Below are positions 9,752 through 19,127 of a stretch of 64,000 bases of DNA, in pieces (positions within the stretch are counted from its first letter, which is position 1; every line of letters begins with the position of its first letter). The notes beneath the pieces are model-generated. The model was not told the DNA's origin. It saw nothing but the letters and a program-made list of their open reading frames with translations, and ran no database searches. Origin of the DNA: an uncultured Acidobacteriota bacterium. Lineage in GTDB: Bacteria; Acidobacteriota; Blastocatellia; RBC074. A program made the position numbers and the translations under genes. Location of the stretch: contig CAWCKY010000004.1 in assembly GCA_963796275.1 (NCBI GenBank), positions 928,001-992,000 of the forward strand, written 5' to 3'.

Positions 9752-9837
9752 ATTCACCACAAAAACCACATAGACCATAGAATAGAGAATAATGTTATCC
9801 TTCTGTTTCATTGTATTTGTGAATTTCGTGGTGAATC
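9752..9837. repeat. Imperfect intergenic inverted repeat (TTCACCAC...GTGGTGAA)
   Basis: Ends resemble those of the element at 50553-50645. Confidence 0.45.
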
Positions 9838-9858
9838 GTCCATCACTGGGGACTGGAA

Positions 9859-10578
9859 ATGGCAATATTGACGCTCGTCCGGCACGGGCAGGCGCGAACA
9901 TTTGAAGACGGCGGAGGTCAACTCACTGCCGTCGGCGAGGAGCAGGCGCGCGCTCTCGCAAGATACTGGATTTCTCAAGGCGAGGTCTTCACTGAGATAT
10001 ACTCCGGCAACCTGGAGCGCCAACGCCGCACCGCAGAAATAGTCGGCCAATGCTACGCCGATGCAGGTCGGGCCTGGCCTCAGCTTCAAATCACCCGCGA
10101 GCTCGATGAGTATGACGGCGGAGGAATTATCGACAAGCTCGTGCCCGCTCTGGCCGAGCGCGATGACAACTTCGTTGAATTGCTCGCGGAATTCGAGCGA
10201 AACAAATATTCGCCCGAACGCAATCGCCATTTTCAGAAGATGTTCGAAGCCGTGACCTCCGTCTGGCGAACCGGCGAACTCCAGGTCGATGGCGTCGAAT
10301 CGTGGTCGTCCTTCTCTTCACGTGCGCGGAACGCATTCAAACGGATTATCAGCGATGCTGGCAGCGGACGCCGTATCGCCGTCTTCACCTCCGGTGGTGT
10401 GATCGGTCTCGCCGTTCAGACCGTCCTCGGCGCTCCCGATCAGATGGCCCTCGAAATAAATTGGCGCGTTCGCAATTGTTCTTTGACCAATCTCATCTTC
10501 AATCGAGAACGCCTATCGTTAGATTATTTCAATGCAACTCCACATTTAAATGAACCTTCATTATTTACTTTCCGTTAA
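9859..10578 (+). CDS. Histidine phosphatase family protein
   Basis: LVRHGQA, LERQRRTA, LDEYD, FTSGG and N...FN...H motifs. Confidence 0.9.
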   Translation: MAILTLVRHGQARTFEDGGGQLTAVGEEQARALARYWISQGEVFTEIYSGNLERQRRTAEIVGQCYADAGRAWPQLQITRELDEYDGGGIIDKLVPALAERDDNFVELLAEFERNKYSPERNRHFQKMFEAVTSVWRTGELQVDGVESWSSFSSRARNAFKRIISDAGSGRRIAVFTSGGVIGLAVQTVLGAPDQMALEINWRVRNCSLTNLIFNRERLSLDYFNATPHLNEPSLFTFR

Positions 10579-10650
10579 AAAGGATATGCACTAAACTGAT
10601 AACGCGCGGCACGGGCACATAAACCGGGCAATAAACAATGAGTCAAGTAT

Positions 10651-10950
10651 ATGGTCGCTTCCAACAAATCAAGACACGCAGAATACAAGATAGGTGATGA
10701 AATTTCGTATGTTTTCGGGTCGGGCATCGTATATGGCGATGTCGTGCGGGTTCTCGAAGGCGGGGCAGCAATAGAGATTCAATTTGAGGATGGCCGGCGA
10801 GAGATCAAGAAGACCCGCGATGGCTCGTTGCGTCTTCTGCGCCGGGCCTCCGGTGCAAGCGAGATCGAGGAGGAGCGTTCAGACCGTAATCGCGTGCGCG
10901 ATTATGAAATCGATGCGGTCCGCCGCAGCGATCAGAAAAAGAGGTGGTAG
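10651..10950 (+). CDS. Small hypothetical protein (possible SH3/KOW-like beta barrel)
   Basis: Co-oriented ORF filling the gap; IGDEISYVFGSGIVYGDVVRV...IEIQFEDG beta pattern. Confidence 0.6.
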   Translation: MVASNKSRHAEYKIGDEISYVFGSGIVYGDVVRVLEGGAAIEIQFEDGRREIKKTRDGSLRLLRRASGASEIEEERSDRNRVRDYEIDAVRRSDQKKRW

Positions 10951-10995
10951 TTCCACATTAGGGGGATAACATATACAGCCATAATAGGAGGTTGA

Positions 10996-11694
10996 ATGAA
11001 AAGGCTTCTCTCCAGCTTTTTTTTCATATCGATGACGATATCTGTGAGCCTTCTGGCCCGGGCTCAAGACGAAAATAACAACGCCAACGCCAATACCAAC
11101 AACAGCGGTAACGTAACCATCGCCGAAGGAACTCTAGCCAAGGTATCTCTCCAGACCAGACTGAGCTCAAAGATCAATGAAGTCGGGGATGAGGTGATCG
11201 GTGTGCTCTACGAGCCGGTGCGCGCGAGCGATGGGCGGATCGCGATCCCTCGCGGCGCCGAATTCGTCGGGCGCGTCACACAGGTTCAGGCCGCGAAAAA
11301 ACCGCAAAAAGAAGCTACCATGACCGTTCTCTTCGAGACGATGCGGATGCCATATGGGATAGAGCAGATCGCCACCACTATCACGGCTATCGACGATTAC
11401 GGCAACGACGAGAAGCTTCGCTCGAAGAATGATGAAGGAAAAGTAGGCGGCGGACACTCCGGCGGACGCACTGCGCGCAATGCCGGCCTCGGTGGCAGTC
11501 TGGGGGCTCTCGGGGGGATCGTTCTGGGTAGAGGCGGCGCCGGGATTGGCGCCATCGCCGGCGCCATCGGAGTAGGCGCAGCCGGCGGCGTTCTGATGAC
11601 CAAAGGCGATGACATCAAACTAGCGCCCGGAACCATATTTCGCATTCGATTCGACCGCGATATCGCATTGCCGTTATCCGAATCGACTCGTTAA
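10996..11694 (+). CDS. Exported TrbI/VirB10-like beta-rich protein with glycine zipper
   Basis: Strong SD AGGAGG; signal peptide; IAEGT..V.LQT.LSSK..VGD, IPRGAEFVGRV, GGxxG zipper and KGDDIKLAPGT. Confidence 0.7.
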   Translation: MKRLLSSFFFISMTISVSLLARAQDENNNANANTNNSGNVTIAEGTLAKVSLQTRLSSKINEVGDEVIGVLYEPVRASDGRIAIPRGAEFVGRVTQVQAAKKPQKEATMTVLFETMRMPYGIEQIATTITAIDDYGNDEKLRSKNDEGKVGGGHSGGRTARNAGLGGSLGALGGIVLGRGGAGIGAIAGAIGVGAAGGVLMTKGDDIKLAPGTIFRIRFDRDIALPLSESTR

Positions 11695-11754
11695 CCGGGT
11701 TTTGAGTGCCCGCGGTTAACTGCCTTTATCCATTGACCAGCATTATTAGAAGAG

Positions 11755-12642
11755 ATGCGTATGATAAGCTATTACAAGAGTAATACGCTGATTCTTTTCG
11801 TTCTGCTCATAGTGTTCTGGCCTGCCATTGGATTCAGTCAGCAGCAGCAACACGGGCAACCATTGAGTAAGAATGAAAACCCCTTGCTCATCGGCAAGCG
11901 CAACATCAACAAGAATCAGATCAATTTCTACTCGGTGGGAAAGCAGATTGCTCTCGGACATCAACTGGCCCTAGAGTTTGAAAAACAATCCAGGCTCATT
12001 GTTGATGCGGGTCTCAATGTTTATCTTAAAAACCTCGGTCGGAATCTGGCATCTCATTCAGACACCAGGATTCCGGTCACAATCAAGGTCGTTGATTCGG
12101 AAGCTGTGAATGCATTCGCCCTGCCCGGTGGCTTCCTCTATCTCAATCTGGGTCTGATGAGAGAGGTTGAGACGGAGAGTGAATTGGCGGCTGTGATCAG
12201 CCATCTCATCGCTCACGTGGCCGCGCATCACAGTGTAGAGTTGGCTTCCAAAGTTCAGAATCTGGACCGGGCCAAATTGCGACAGGACATTTTCGACGGA
12301 AGTCAAGATAACGAGGTCGATCAAACCGCTCCGCTTGCTCTCATCGCGTTACAGCGCAAAATGGTGGCCGAAGCCGATATGCTTGGCGCGCAATACGCCT
12401 GGGCCTCCGGGTATGATCCGAGCGGTTTGATCAAATTTTATAAAAAAGGCAGTCAGCGAGAGACAGGCACTACTAATTTCAGCACGCATCCACTTACGAC
12501 TGAGCGTATTGCGATCGTGAACGACTTGATCGCTCGATTTCCAGAGCGCGAAGAACACACCATCAATACGCATGAATTCAGTCGAGTGAAGGCGGGTCTG
12601 CCCCTGGAGTCTACGGATAGGCCGAAGTCAAAGCGGCAGTGA
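11755..12642 (+). CDS. M48 family (BepA/YfgC-like) metalloprotease homolog, catalytic Glu absent
   Basis: Signal peptide; VNAFALPGG, ESELAAVISHLIAHV (HEXXH changed to HLIAH), EAD, GYDP and STHP motifs. Confidence 0.85.
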   Translation: MRMISYYKSNTLILFVLLIVFWPAIGFSQQQQHGQPLSKNENPLLIGKRNINKNQINFYSVGKQIALGHQLALEFEKQSRLIVDAGLNVYLKNLGRNLASHSDTRIPVTIKVVDSEAVNAFALPGGFLYLNLGLMREVETESELAAVISHLIAHVAAHHSVELASKVQNLDRAKLRQDIFDGSQDNEVDQTAPLALIALQRKMVAEADMLGAQYAWASGYDPSGLIKFYKKGSQRETGTTNFSTHPLTTERIAIVNDLIARFPEREEHTINTHEFSRVKAGLPLESTDRPKSKRQ

Positions 12643-12707
12643 TGGAAGTTCACAGTAATTGATTGAGAATGTGCAAATTAAAGATGGTTATTATCATCAG
12701 CTTCTGA

Positions 12708-12860
12708 CTGGCTCCGGAGGAGCCCGATGGATATTGCATTTGTTGACTCAAGTCTAACATACTCCAGAGGAGCGACATTTGAACATCTTTTGTCGCTCCT
12801 CCGAAGTTTGCGAGATGGTAGAACGAGTTCTATAAGCATCCCGCGCCACTGGGGCTCAGG
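12708..12860. repeat. Degenerate REP-like element (GCTCC-GGA-GGAGC family)
   Basis: gctccggaggagc, ctccagaggagcgacat...tgtcgctcctc and ctataagcatcccgcgccactggggc hairpins. Confidence 0.5.
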
Positions 12861-12996
12861 ACCGATCACATTGATTTCAATGACCTTAATTTGATCGTCT
12901 TTTGACTTTTGAATCGATTTCATCCTTAATCTCCTGCCACAAAGTTGCTTGCGTGGATATTGAATTTAAAGGACCATGCAGGTATCGTTTCACTTT

Positions 12997-14145
12997 ATGC
13001 GAATTGCGCTTGATGCTATCCCATTAGTCGAAGCAAAGACAGGGATCGGGCACTATACCGATGCTCTGGCCGAGTGGCTGGCGCGCGTAAATCAGGACCA
13101 CCAGTACGAACTCCTCTCACCTTTCGACTTCGCCTTCGATGCTCGCAACGGTAAGCCGGAGAATCTGAGCAAACGGTTTTTTCCGGTGCGCTCGATCTTT
13201 CGCAAATGGTGGCTCATCGGTCTACCCACCATGCTTCAGATTTCGCCCGTGGATCTGTTTCATGGAACGAATTACAATATCCCGGTTATTGCTCCGTGTC
13301 CTACGGTAGTGACTATCCACGACATGTCGATATTCGCGCACGCCGAAACGCATGAGTTATTGAACGTCAGGCGAGGCAAACGCCGGATACCGATGATGGC
13401 GCGGCGAGCCTCCATGATCATAGCCCCGAGCGAATGGACGAAACGGGAGATCGTCAGATATCTGGGCACTCGGCCTGAAAAGATCAGAGTGATTTACGAG
13501 GCGTCGAGGGAAAAGATGGAGCCCCTGCCTCTCTCCGCATGTCAGGGCGTCCTTGAAAGGCATAAGATTAGGCGGCCTTACTTGCTCTATGTCGGCACTA
13601 TCGAGCCGCGCAAGAATCTGCTCACTCTCATACGCGCCTATGATGAATTGCTGAAATCATCCAGGCATCGGCCGCAATTGGTTCTTTGCGGCGGGCGGGG
13701 TTGGCTCGACGAAGGCGTTTTCAAATTAGTGGAAGAGCTTCGTTTGCAAGATCAAGTCAGATTCACTGGTTACGTCGAAGATACCGACTTACCCGCGCTC
13801 TATTCAGCGGCGGAGATATTCATTTATCCATCGTTATACGAGGGATTCGGCCTGCCGCCGCTCGAAGCGATGTCTTGTGGCACCCCGGTAGTTACGAGCA
13901 ACTCCTCGAGCCTGCCCGAGGTCGTGGGGAAAGCGGGTATGATGCATGAGCCGCATAATTATCGAGCGCTCGCGGAATGTATCGTCAAGCTTTTCGACGA
14001 TGCCGAGACGCTAGATCATTTCAAAAATGCCGGATTGACACAGGCTTCACAGTTTTCCTGGGAACGCGTCGCTCGCGAAACGCAGGTGGTCTATGACGAA
14101 CTTTGTGAAACACGGAAAATAATTAGTAGCAGGAGAAAAAGATGA
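12997..14145 (+). CDS. Glycosyltransferase family 4
   Basis: MRIALDA...[22 protein letters not shown] and [12 protein letters not shown] motifs. Confidence 0.93.
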   Translation: MRIALDAIPLVEAKTGIGHYTDALAEWLARVNQDHQYELLSPFDFAFDARNGKPENLSKRFFPVRSIFRKWWLIGLPTMLQISPVDLFHGTNYNIPVIAPCPTVVTIHDMSIFAHAETHELLNVRRGKRRIPMMARRASMIIAPSEWTKREIVRYLGTRPEKIRVIYEASREKMEPLPLSACQGVLERHKIRRPYLLYVGTIEPRKNLLTLIRAYDELLKSSRHRPQLVLCGGRGWLDEGVFKLVEELRLQDQVRFTGYVEDTDLPALYSAAEIFIYPSLYEGFGLPPLEAMSCGTPVVTSNSSSLPEVVGKAGMMHEPHNYRALAECIVKLFDDAETLDHFKNAGLTQASQFSWERVARETQVVYDELCETRKIISSRRKR

Positions 14146-15413
14146 GCGTAATCGCGAATCTCGTACACAGACTACGCTTAATCATAAATGGACGAATCGA
14201 AGAGCGCATCAATTTCCGTGCGGATGTTTATGAAAGGGCCGTCGACACGCGCATAGATGAAAGGCTCGAGCGTCATGAAAATTTGATTCGACAGATGTCG
14301 GTCGATATCGTCGAACGCAATGACATCATGTTGCAGCTTTTCGAAGAGCGTCTGGACAAACAGCGGCGGGAAATCCGTGCAATTCGGCAAATGATGGATC
14401 TCGCTACGAATTCGGGACCAGTTGTTGAGCCAAATGCCGGCGGCGATCAGGGACGGGAGAATCTCGCGAACAATGGCGCCTCGACTCAACAAACCGTCGC
14501 CCATCAGAGACTGACCGACATTACGAAACAGGTTCGATCGAAATCTGCGCTCTCGGATGACGTCGTGCTTTATCACAAAATCCTCGACTGGAAAAAGGTC
14601 GCCCATGATGGGATCGATCAGTTCCCTCCCGATGAACAGGAGGTGGTCGATTACATTTTGAGTTTTACCGACGATCCGAAAGACATCGAATACCTCAAAA
14701 CACACATGCGGCGCCTCATCTCGACGCTCAATCGTATCCCGCCTGCGCAGAGCAGCGTCGATCGGTTGCTCGAACTCGGCAGCCGTTCGGCTATCGCGCC
14801 TGCGATCAGAAAATACTCCGGCTACAATGAAGTTTTGGGCGCCGATGTCTGGGACTCTGACGAAAAAGTCGCCCGGAGGACAGTGGAGCAGAAATCCGGC
14901 AGTGACAGTTATACTTTCGAGGTTCGCAACTTCAACGTCGAACGCGATCCGTTTCCCTTTCCCGATAACTATTTCCGGGTCGTACTCTGTTGCGAACTGA
15001 TCGAGCACCTGAGGAGTGACCCGATGCATATGCTGTGGGAGAGCAACCGGGTGCTGGCGGATGGCGGTTATCTGATCTTGACCACTCCGAATATCACGAG
15101 CGCGCGCGCAATCGAAGCGGTACTGGTCGGCTGCGTACCTTACCTCTATCCGCAATACAATGTTAAAGAAGCCATGGACCAGCACTACCGTGAATACGCG
15201 CCACGCGAGGTCAGCGAAGCGCTCACCGCCGCAGGTTTCACGGTCGAAGCGCTCGAGACACAAGATGTGTGGCTGAGGTCGAATCCGGCCATTATTGACC
15301 TGCTCGCAGAGCTCTTGATTTCTACCGAATTACGCGGTGACAATATCTTCGCGCTGGCTCGCAAAACCGGCGCTCCGGTTGAACGCTATCCAGCATATCT
15401 CTACGTTCAATGA
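14142..15413 (+). CDS. Class I SAM-dependent methyltransferase with N-terminal coiled-coil region
   Basis: [36 protein letters not shown] and HYREY motifs; E/R-rich helical N-terminus; ATGA overlap with the GT4 gene. Confidence 0.85.
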   Translation: MSVIANLVHRLRLIINGRIEERINFRADVYERAVDTRIDERLERHENLIRQMSVDIVERNDIMLQLFEERLDKQRREIRAIRQMMDLATNSGPVVEPNAGGDQGRENLANNGASTQQTVAHQRLTDITKQVRSKSALSDDVVLYHKILDWKKVAHDGIDQFPPDEQEVVDYILSFTDDPKDIEYLKTHMRRLISTLNRIPPAQSSVDRLLELGSRSAIAPAIRKYSGYNEVLGADVWDSDEKVARRTVEQKSGSDSYTFEVRNFNVERDPFPFPDNYFRVVLCCELIEHLRSDPMHMLWESNRVLADGGYLILTTPNITSARAIEAVLVGCVPYLYPQYNVKEAMDQHYREYAPREVSEALTAAGFTVEALETQDVWLRSNPAIIDLLAELLISTELRGDNIFALARKTGAPVERYPAYLYVQ

Positions 15414-15441
15414 GGCCGAAGTATGGCAGGGACTGGATTGA

Positions 15442-16413
15442 ATGCCTCCTACCTTTTCACTCATCGTTCCACCCGAACACGCAGGCGAGCGGATCGATGC
15501 GTATCTCGCTTCGCAAATCAAACATGTGAGCCGGTCGCAAATCCGTCGCGCTATCGAGAGTGGCGGCATCACCGTCGATCACCGCGCGGTCAAGCCCAGC
15601 TATAGCGTTCATCCGGGAGACGAGATTCACGTCGATCTGCCCGATTCCGCTCCGCTTGAAGCTGCTCCTGAGCCGATCCCGCTCGCGATAGTTTACGAAG
15701 ACGAAGAGATCATCGTCATCAATAAACCCGCGGGGATGGTCACGCATCCGGGCGCGGGCGTAACGTCGGGCACCCTGGCGAACGCGCTGGTCCATCACTT
15801 CGCTCAGATCGCACACCAGCCGCCGAGAAGAGGGGGCGCTTCACGACCCGGCATCGTACACCGCCTCGATGTCGGCACATCGGGTCTGATCGTGGTCGCG
15901 AAGACCGACCGTGCGCATCTATGCCTGGCCGAACAGTTCGAATCGCGCACAGTGCTCAAAAGTTACCAGGCTCTGGTTTTTGGGAACGTCAAAGAGAATG
16001 AGGGAGTGATCGATCTCCCGATCGGCCGCGATCCGCGCAGCCGCGTGAAGATGGCAATACGGACTGAGGGTGATGGAAGACCGGCATTGACTATCTACCG
16101 TGTCGTCGAGAGGTTTGACGAATTCACTCTGCTCGATGTTGAGATCAAGACGGGCAGGACGCATCAGATCCGCGTCCATCTTGCTCACATCAAACACCCG
16201 GTCGCGGGTGACAGCACTTACAGCGGCGGACGAGCCCAGACGATTAAAGACTCTCGGGTCCGTGCCGTCATCGCCAAACTGGGCCGTACATTCCTGCACG
16301 CGGCTCGTTTGACTATAGTGCACCCCATGAAAAACGAGGTGATCAATTTCAATACCCCGCTACCGAACGATCTCCAATCTCTTCTGAAGATCCTGAGAAA
16401 AGAAAGTTTTTAG
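15442..16413 (+). CDS. rluD: 23S rRNA pseudouridine synthase RluD (RluA family with S4 domain)
   Basis: S4 domain RIDAYLA..SRSQI, INKPAGMVTHP, RPGIVHRLDVGTSG, TGRTHQIRVH and LHA motifs. Confidence 0.9.
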   Translation: MPPTFSLIVPPEHAGERIDAYLASQIKHVSRSQIRRAIESGGITVDHRAVKPSYSVHPGDEIHVDLPDSAPLEAAPEPIPLAIVYEDEEIIVINKPAGMVTHPGAGVTSGTLANALVHHFAQIAHQPPRRGGASRPGIVHRLDVGTSGLIVVAKTDRAHLCLAEQFESRTVLKSYQALVFGNVKENEGVIDLPIGRDPRSRVKMAIRTEGDGRPALTIYRVVERFDEFTLLDVEIKTGRTHQIRVHLAHIKHPVAGDSTYSGGRAQTIKDSRVRAVIAKLGRTFLHAARLTIVHPMKNEVINFNTPLPNDLQSLLKILRKESF

Positions 16414-16493
16414 TTTTTAGTTTTTAGTTCGTATATACTGTTTCAACGATTTATACGAATTCTCAATTCTCAATTCTCAATTCTCATTATCAA

Positions 16494-16970
16494 TTATTTA
16501 TTTCTGATCTTTCTTTCAATCTCGATCTCATCCGGCATAGGAGGCGAAGAGATCAAGCCGCCTTTGATCTGCGGTGCGATCTCGACTCGGCCCAATAAAA
16601 TATTGCGTATTCTCTTCGGTAAAATATAGCGAGCCGCCCTGTCGATATTACTTACGGTTGCTGCGAGATCGCCTCGTCCATCCCAGTGTTCTCTTAGAAC
16701 CGAGTCGTTGGTCCGGGTCAACAGCCGGAGCACGACCAGAGCAATCAAGTAGAGATCATCGACCTGACCGACAAACGGAACGAGGTCGGGAATGAGATCG
16801 AGCGGCGATAGGACGTAAGCGATAACGCCTATCAGCAATGCTTTTTCAGCAAGCGGCACGCGCGAGTCTTTGAACAGGCGGAAAAGCAGCTTGAGAAAAT
16901 TGGGGATCAGCATCAACGCGCTTCTCAGAAATCCGCGCGCCTCTTTGCGTTCTTTCGTGTGTCGTGTCAT
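16494..16970 (-). CDS. YkvA/DUF1232 family membrane protein
   Basis: DSRVP..KALL..YVLSPLDLIPDLVPFVGQVDD motif. Confidence 0.9.
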   Translation of the reverse strand: MTRHTKERKEARGFLRSALMLIPNFLKLLFRLFKDSRVPLAEKALLIGVIAYVLSPLDLIPDLVPFVGQVDDLYLIALVVLRLLTRTNDSVLREHWDGRGDLAATVSNIDRAARYILPKRIRNILLGRVEIAPQIKGGLISSPPMPDEIEIERKIRNK

Positions 16971-17050
16971 TCCGGTATTCCCTTCCTTTCTCATTGCTAA
17001 TCGTAGAATAATGCATAACCATGGAATAGGTTAGCATATTTATTTTTTTT

Positions 17051-17374
17051 ATGGATCAAGAGCATTCTTCCATCGACGCATTTCCCGTATCGATAGAATT
17101 GACCGACGACGATTCGGTTTTGCAGATCGTCTGGGATGATGGGCAGACGAGCCGGCACCGGCTCGACATACTTCGCGCAGCATGCCGCTGCGCCGTCTGT
17201 CAGGGCCATCATCCTTCGCAGAGCCTCAATCTGAAAGCCGGAGATTTCCCGGGAATTCGCATGACGGACATTGGACCGGTTGGCCGCTACGCTTACCACA
17301 TCGTATGGAGCGACGGGCATGACACCGGTATTTATACGTTAAAGCTGCTGCGTGAATTGGAAAACTCGGCCTGA
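17051..17374 (+). CDS. DUF971 / gamma-butyrobetaine hydroxylase-like N-terminal domain protein
   Basis: W.DG...LRAACRCAVC, VGRYA..I.WSDGHDTGIY motifs. Confidence 0.9.
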   Translation: MDQEHSSIDAFPVSIELTDDDSVLQIVWDDGQTSRHRLDILRAACRCAVCQGHHPSQSLNLKAGDFPGIRMTDIGPVGRYAYHIVWSDGHDTGIYTLKLLRELENSA

Positions 17375-18186
17375 TATTTCGTCTGCGCGCGATAACGCGC
17401 GAGCAGTTCTTCTAGAAAGCCCTCATAGTTGAAATCAGCGGGATCGTAATATGGGCGAATCTTCTCGAGGAGCGGGACGGCTATTCGCCATGCCGACCAT
17501 GAGCGCGGATGCTCCGGGATGTCATATCGCCTGCGAAGAAAGGCCTCGACAGCGATTATCTCCGACGGTAAAACTACGCGCACGTCACCGCGAAAATCGA
17601 CGGCGGGGGCGACCCTTCTCATCGCAGTGTCGATCACCGCGCTATCAAATACGTCATCGAACGAGGGCGCTTCTGCGGCGCGTTCTTTGATCACAACCGT
17701 ATACGCCACAAAGTCGCCCAGGCGTTTGGCGCGCTCGCTCCCGAAGACCGAGATAATGCCGACTGAATAGAATGGCGGCGGGATCGTATCAGCCACCCGG
17801 ATCAGATTTCGCGTTAATGATGAAAAGAAAGTTATCGGCCGGCCATCTTCCTGAATCACGCGCAGTTTCATCCAACGTTTGCCCGGCGTCTGCCCGCTCC
17901 AGAGAGTTTCAAAAATGACGAAATAACCGAAGATGATCAGAAATACAATGATCAAGGCAATGGCCATCACCCAGAGACTGCCTTCACCTTTGTCCCCCAT
18001 CAGAGTCCCGCCAAACACTCTTACGGCCTCACTCATGTTGTAGGCGATGATCCACGTTAGAAAAAGTGCGACGACCTGTATCGCGTGATCGATCGCGCAA
18101 GCCAGAAAACGATTGCCGATCGTCGCAAGGGCGAATTGCAACTCGATATGTTCGGGAGTTTCGACGGTAAGTATTTCGTCGGCCAT
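17332..18186 (-). CDS. RDD family membrane protein
   Basis: ETPE..L.F.LA.IGNRFLACAID, GQTPGKR, RN.IR.AD and KRLGD motifs. Confidence 0.92.
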   Translation of the reverse strand: MADEILTVETPEHIELQFALATIGNRFLACAIDHAIQVVALFLTWIIAYNMSEAVRVFGGTLMGDKGEGSLWVMAIALIIVFLIIFGYFVIFETLWSGQTPGKRWMKLRVIQEDGRPITFFSSLTRNLIRVADTIPPPFYSVGIISVFGSERAKRLGDFVAYTVVIKERAAEAPSFDDVFDSAVIDTAMRRVAPAVDFRGDVRVVLPSEIIAVEAFLRRRYDIPEHPRSWSAWRIAVPLLEKIRPYYDPADFNYEGFLEELLARYRAQTKYQAEFSNSRSSFNV

Positions 18187-18249
18187 GCGCGCATTTTAGA
18201 TGATGCGGAGAATTCGCAACAAACGAAAAGTTCAATATTTTCGTTCGCT

Positions 18250-18831
18250 TCATTTTTTCCGGTTGTTTCGTATTCTCTCGTCTCTTTCGAGCTCCAGTTT
18301 GGGAATTCCGAATTGACCTTCAAGCTGGCTGAGTTTTTCTAGGTCTATCGGCCCGACAATATTGACTACGGTCAATTCCTTCGGCTCGGCAGCGATGATC
18401 GCCAACCCCAGCACGTTGTCGCCCTGGTATTTGATGTGTACTTCGACATTCTCGCCATCCCGCTTGCTCCGCACCCCGACGATCTTCGTCCAGCCCGGCG
18501 CCTGCAACTGCGAACGCAATCCCTCGACATCAGCTTGCGAGTACTCACCGGGATTATCGAATTCAAAAACCCTGACATAAACCCCTTTCAGTCCGGAAAC
18601 AAGTTCCTTGACCTTTGCTTCGTCAGGGTCTTCTTGCTTGAGAAACTTGGCTGCAATTCGCAAAAGCCTTTCATCTAGCGAGACCTCTATGGTTTGAGCC
18701 GCTTTCGAAGCGAGCCCGTCGATCCGGCCGATCTCGAGCCGGGCATCCTGCGCGATCGCTACGACTGCGCAAGCGACCGCAAGCAAGATCAGCAGGGCCG
18801 ATCTCGCCATCGCCGGGACTATCAATTTCAT
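18250..18831 (-). CDS. DUF4252 domain exported protein
   Basis: Signal peptide; LKGVYVRVFEFD, PGWTKIVGVRS, AEPKELTVVNIVGPID. Confidence 0.85.
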   Translation of the reverse strand: MKLIVPAMARSALLILLAVACAVVAIAQDARLEIGRIDGLASKAAQTIEVSLDERLLRIAAKFLKQEDPDEAKVKELVSGLKGVYVRVFEFDNPGEYSQADVEGLRSQLQAPGWTKIVGVRSKRDGENVEVHIKYQGDNVLGLAIIAAEPKELTVVNIVGPIDLEKLSQLEGQFGIPKLELERDERIRNNRKK

Positions 18832-19127
18832 AAACTTCTCTCTCTCTCTACTTATCTTTAATTTATGCTGCGCGATTTATATGCTTGGGGTATTCAACCC
18901 GAAGCTCCTAATGCGCACATATTTTTTAGCCAGTGGTGAAGCGGGCGGAGACCCGGTCTGGATCGCCAATCCCGACTAAATAACTTTGATAGTGGACTAT
19001 CAGACCCCTACCATGGGCTGCGCTTCGCTCCCCCTGGCTATTATCTGGTGTCCTTTCAGGGCTTCAAAAGGACTTTTAAATCGCACTTACATCGCATCTC
19101 AAATTCAGATCGAACATCACAAAATTC

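Noticed and set aside
10996-11694. Type IV secretion or conjugation locus suggested by the TrbI/VirB10-like protein
   Set aside because: No other T4SS genes, relaxase or integrase are in the window.
12678-12923. 81-aa ORF on the minus strand
   Set aside because: It lies mostly over a REP-like palindrome and has no protein motifs.
14178-15263. Long antisense ORFs (361 aa here; also 33495..34337, 39584..40543, 45104..46222)
   Set aside because: They are shadow frames opposite well-supported genes in GC-rich DNA, with no motifs.
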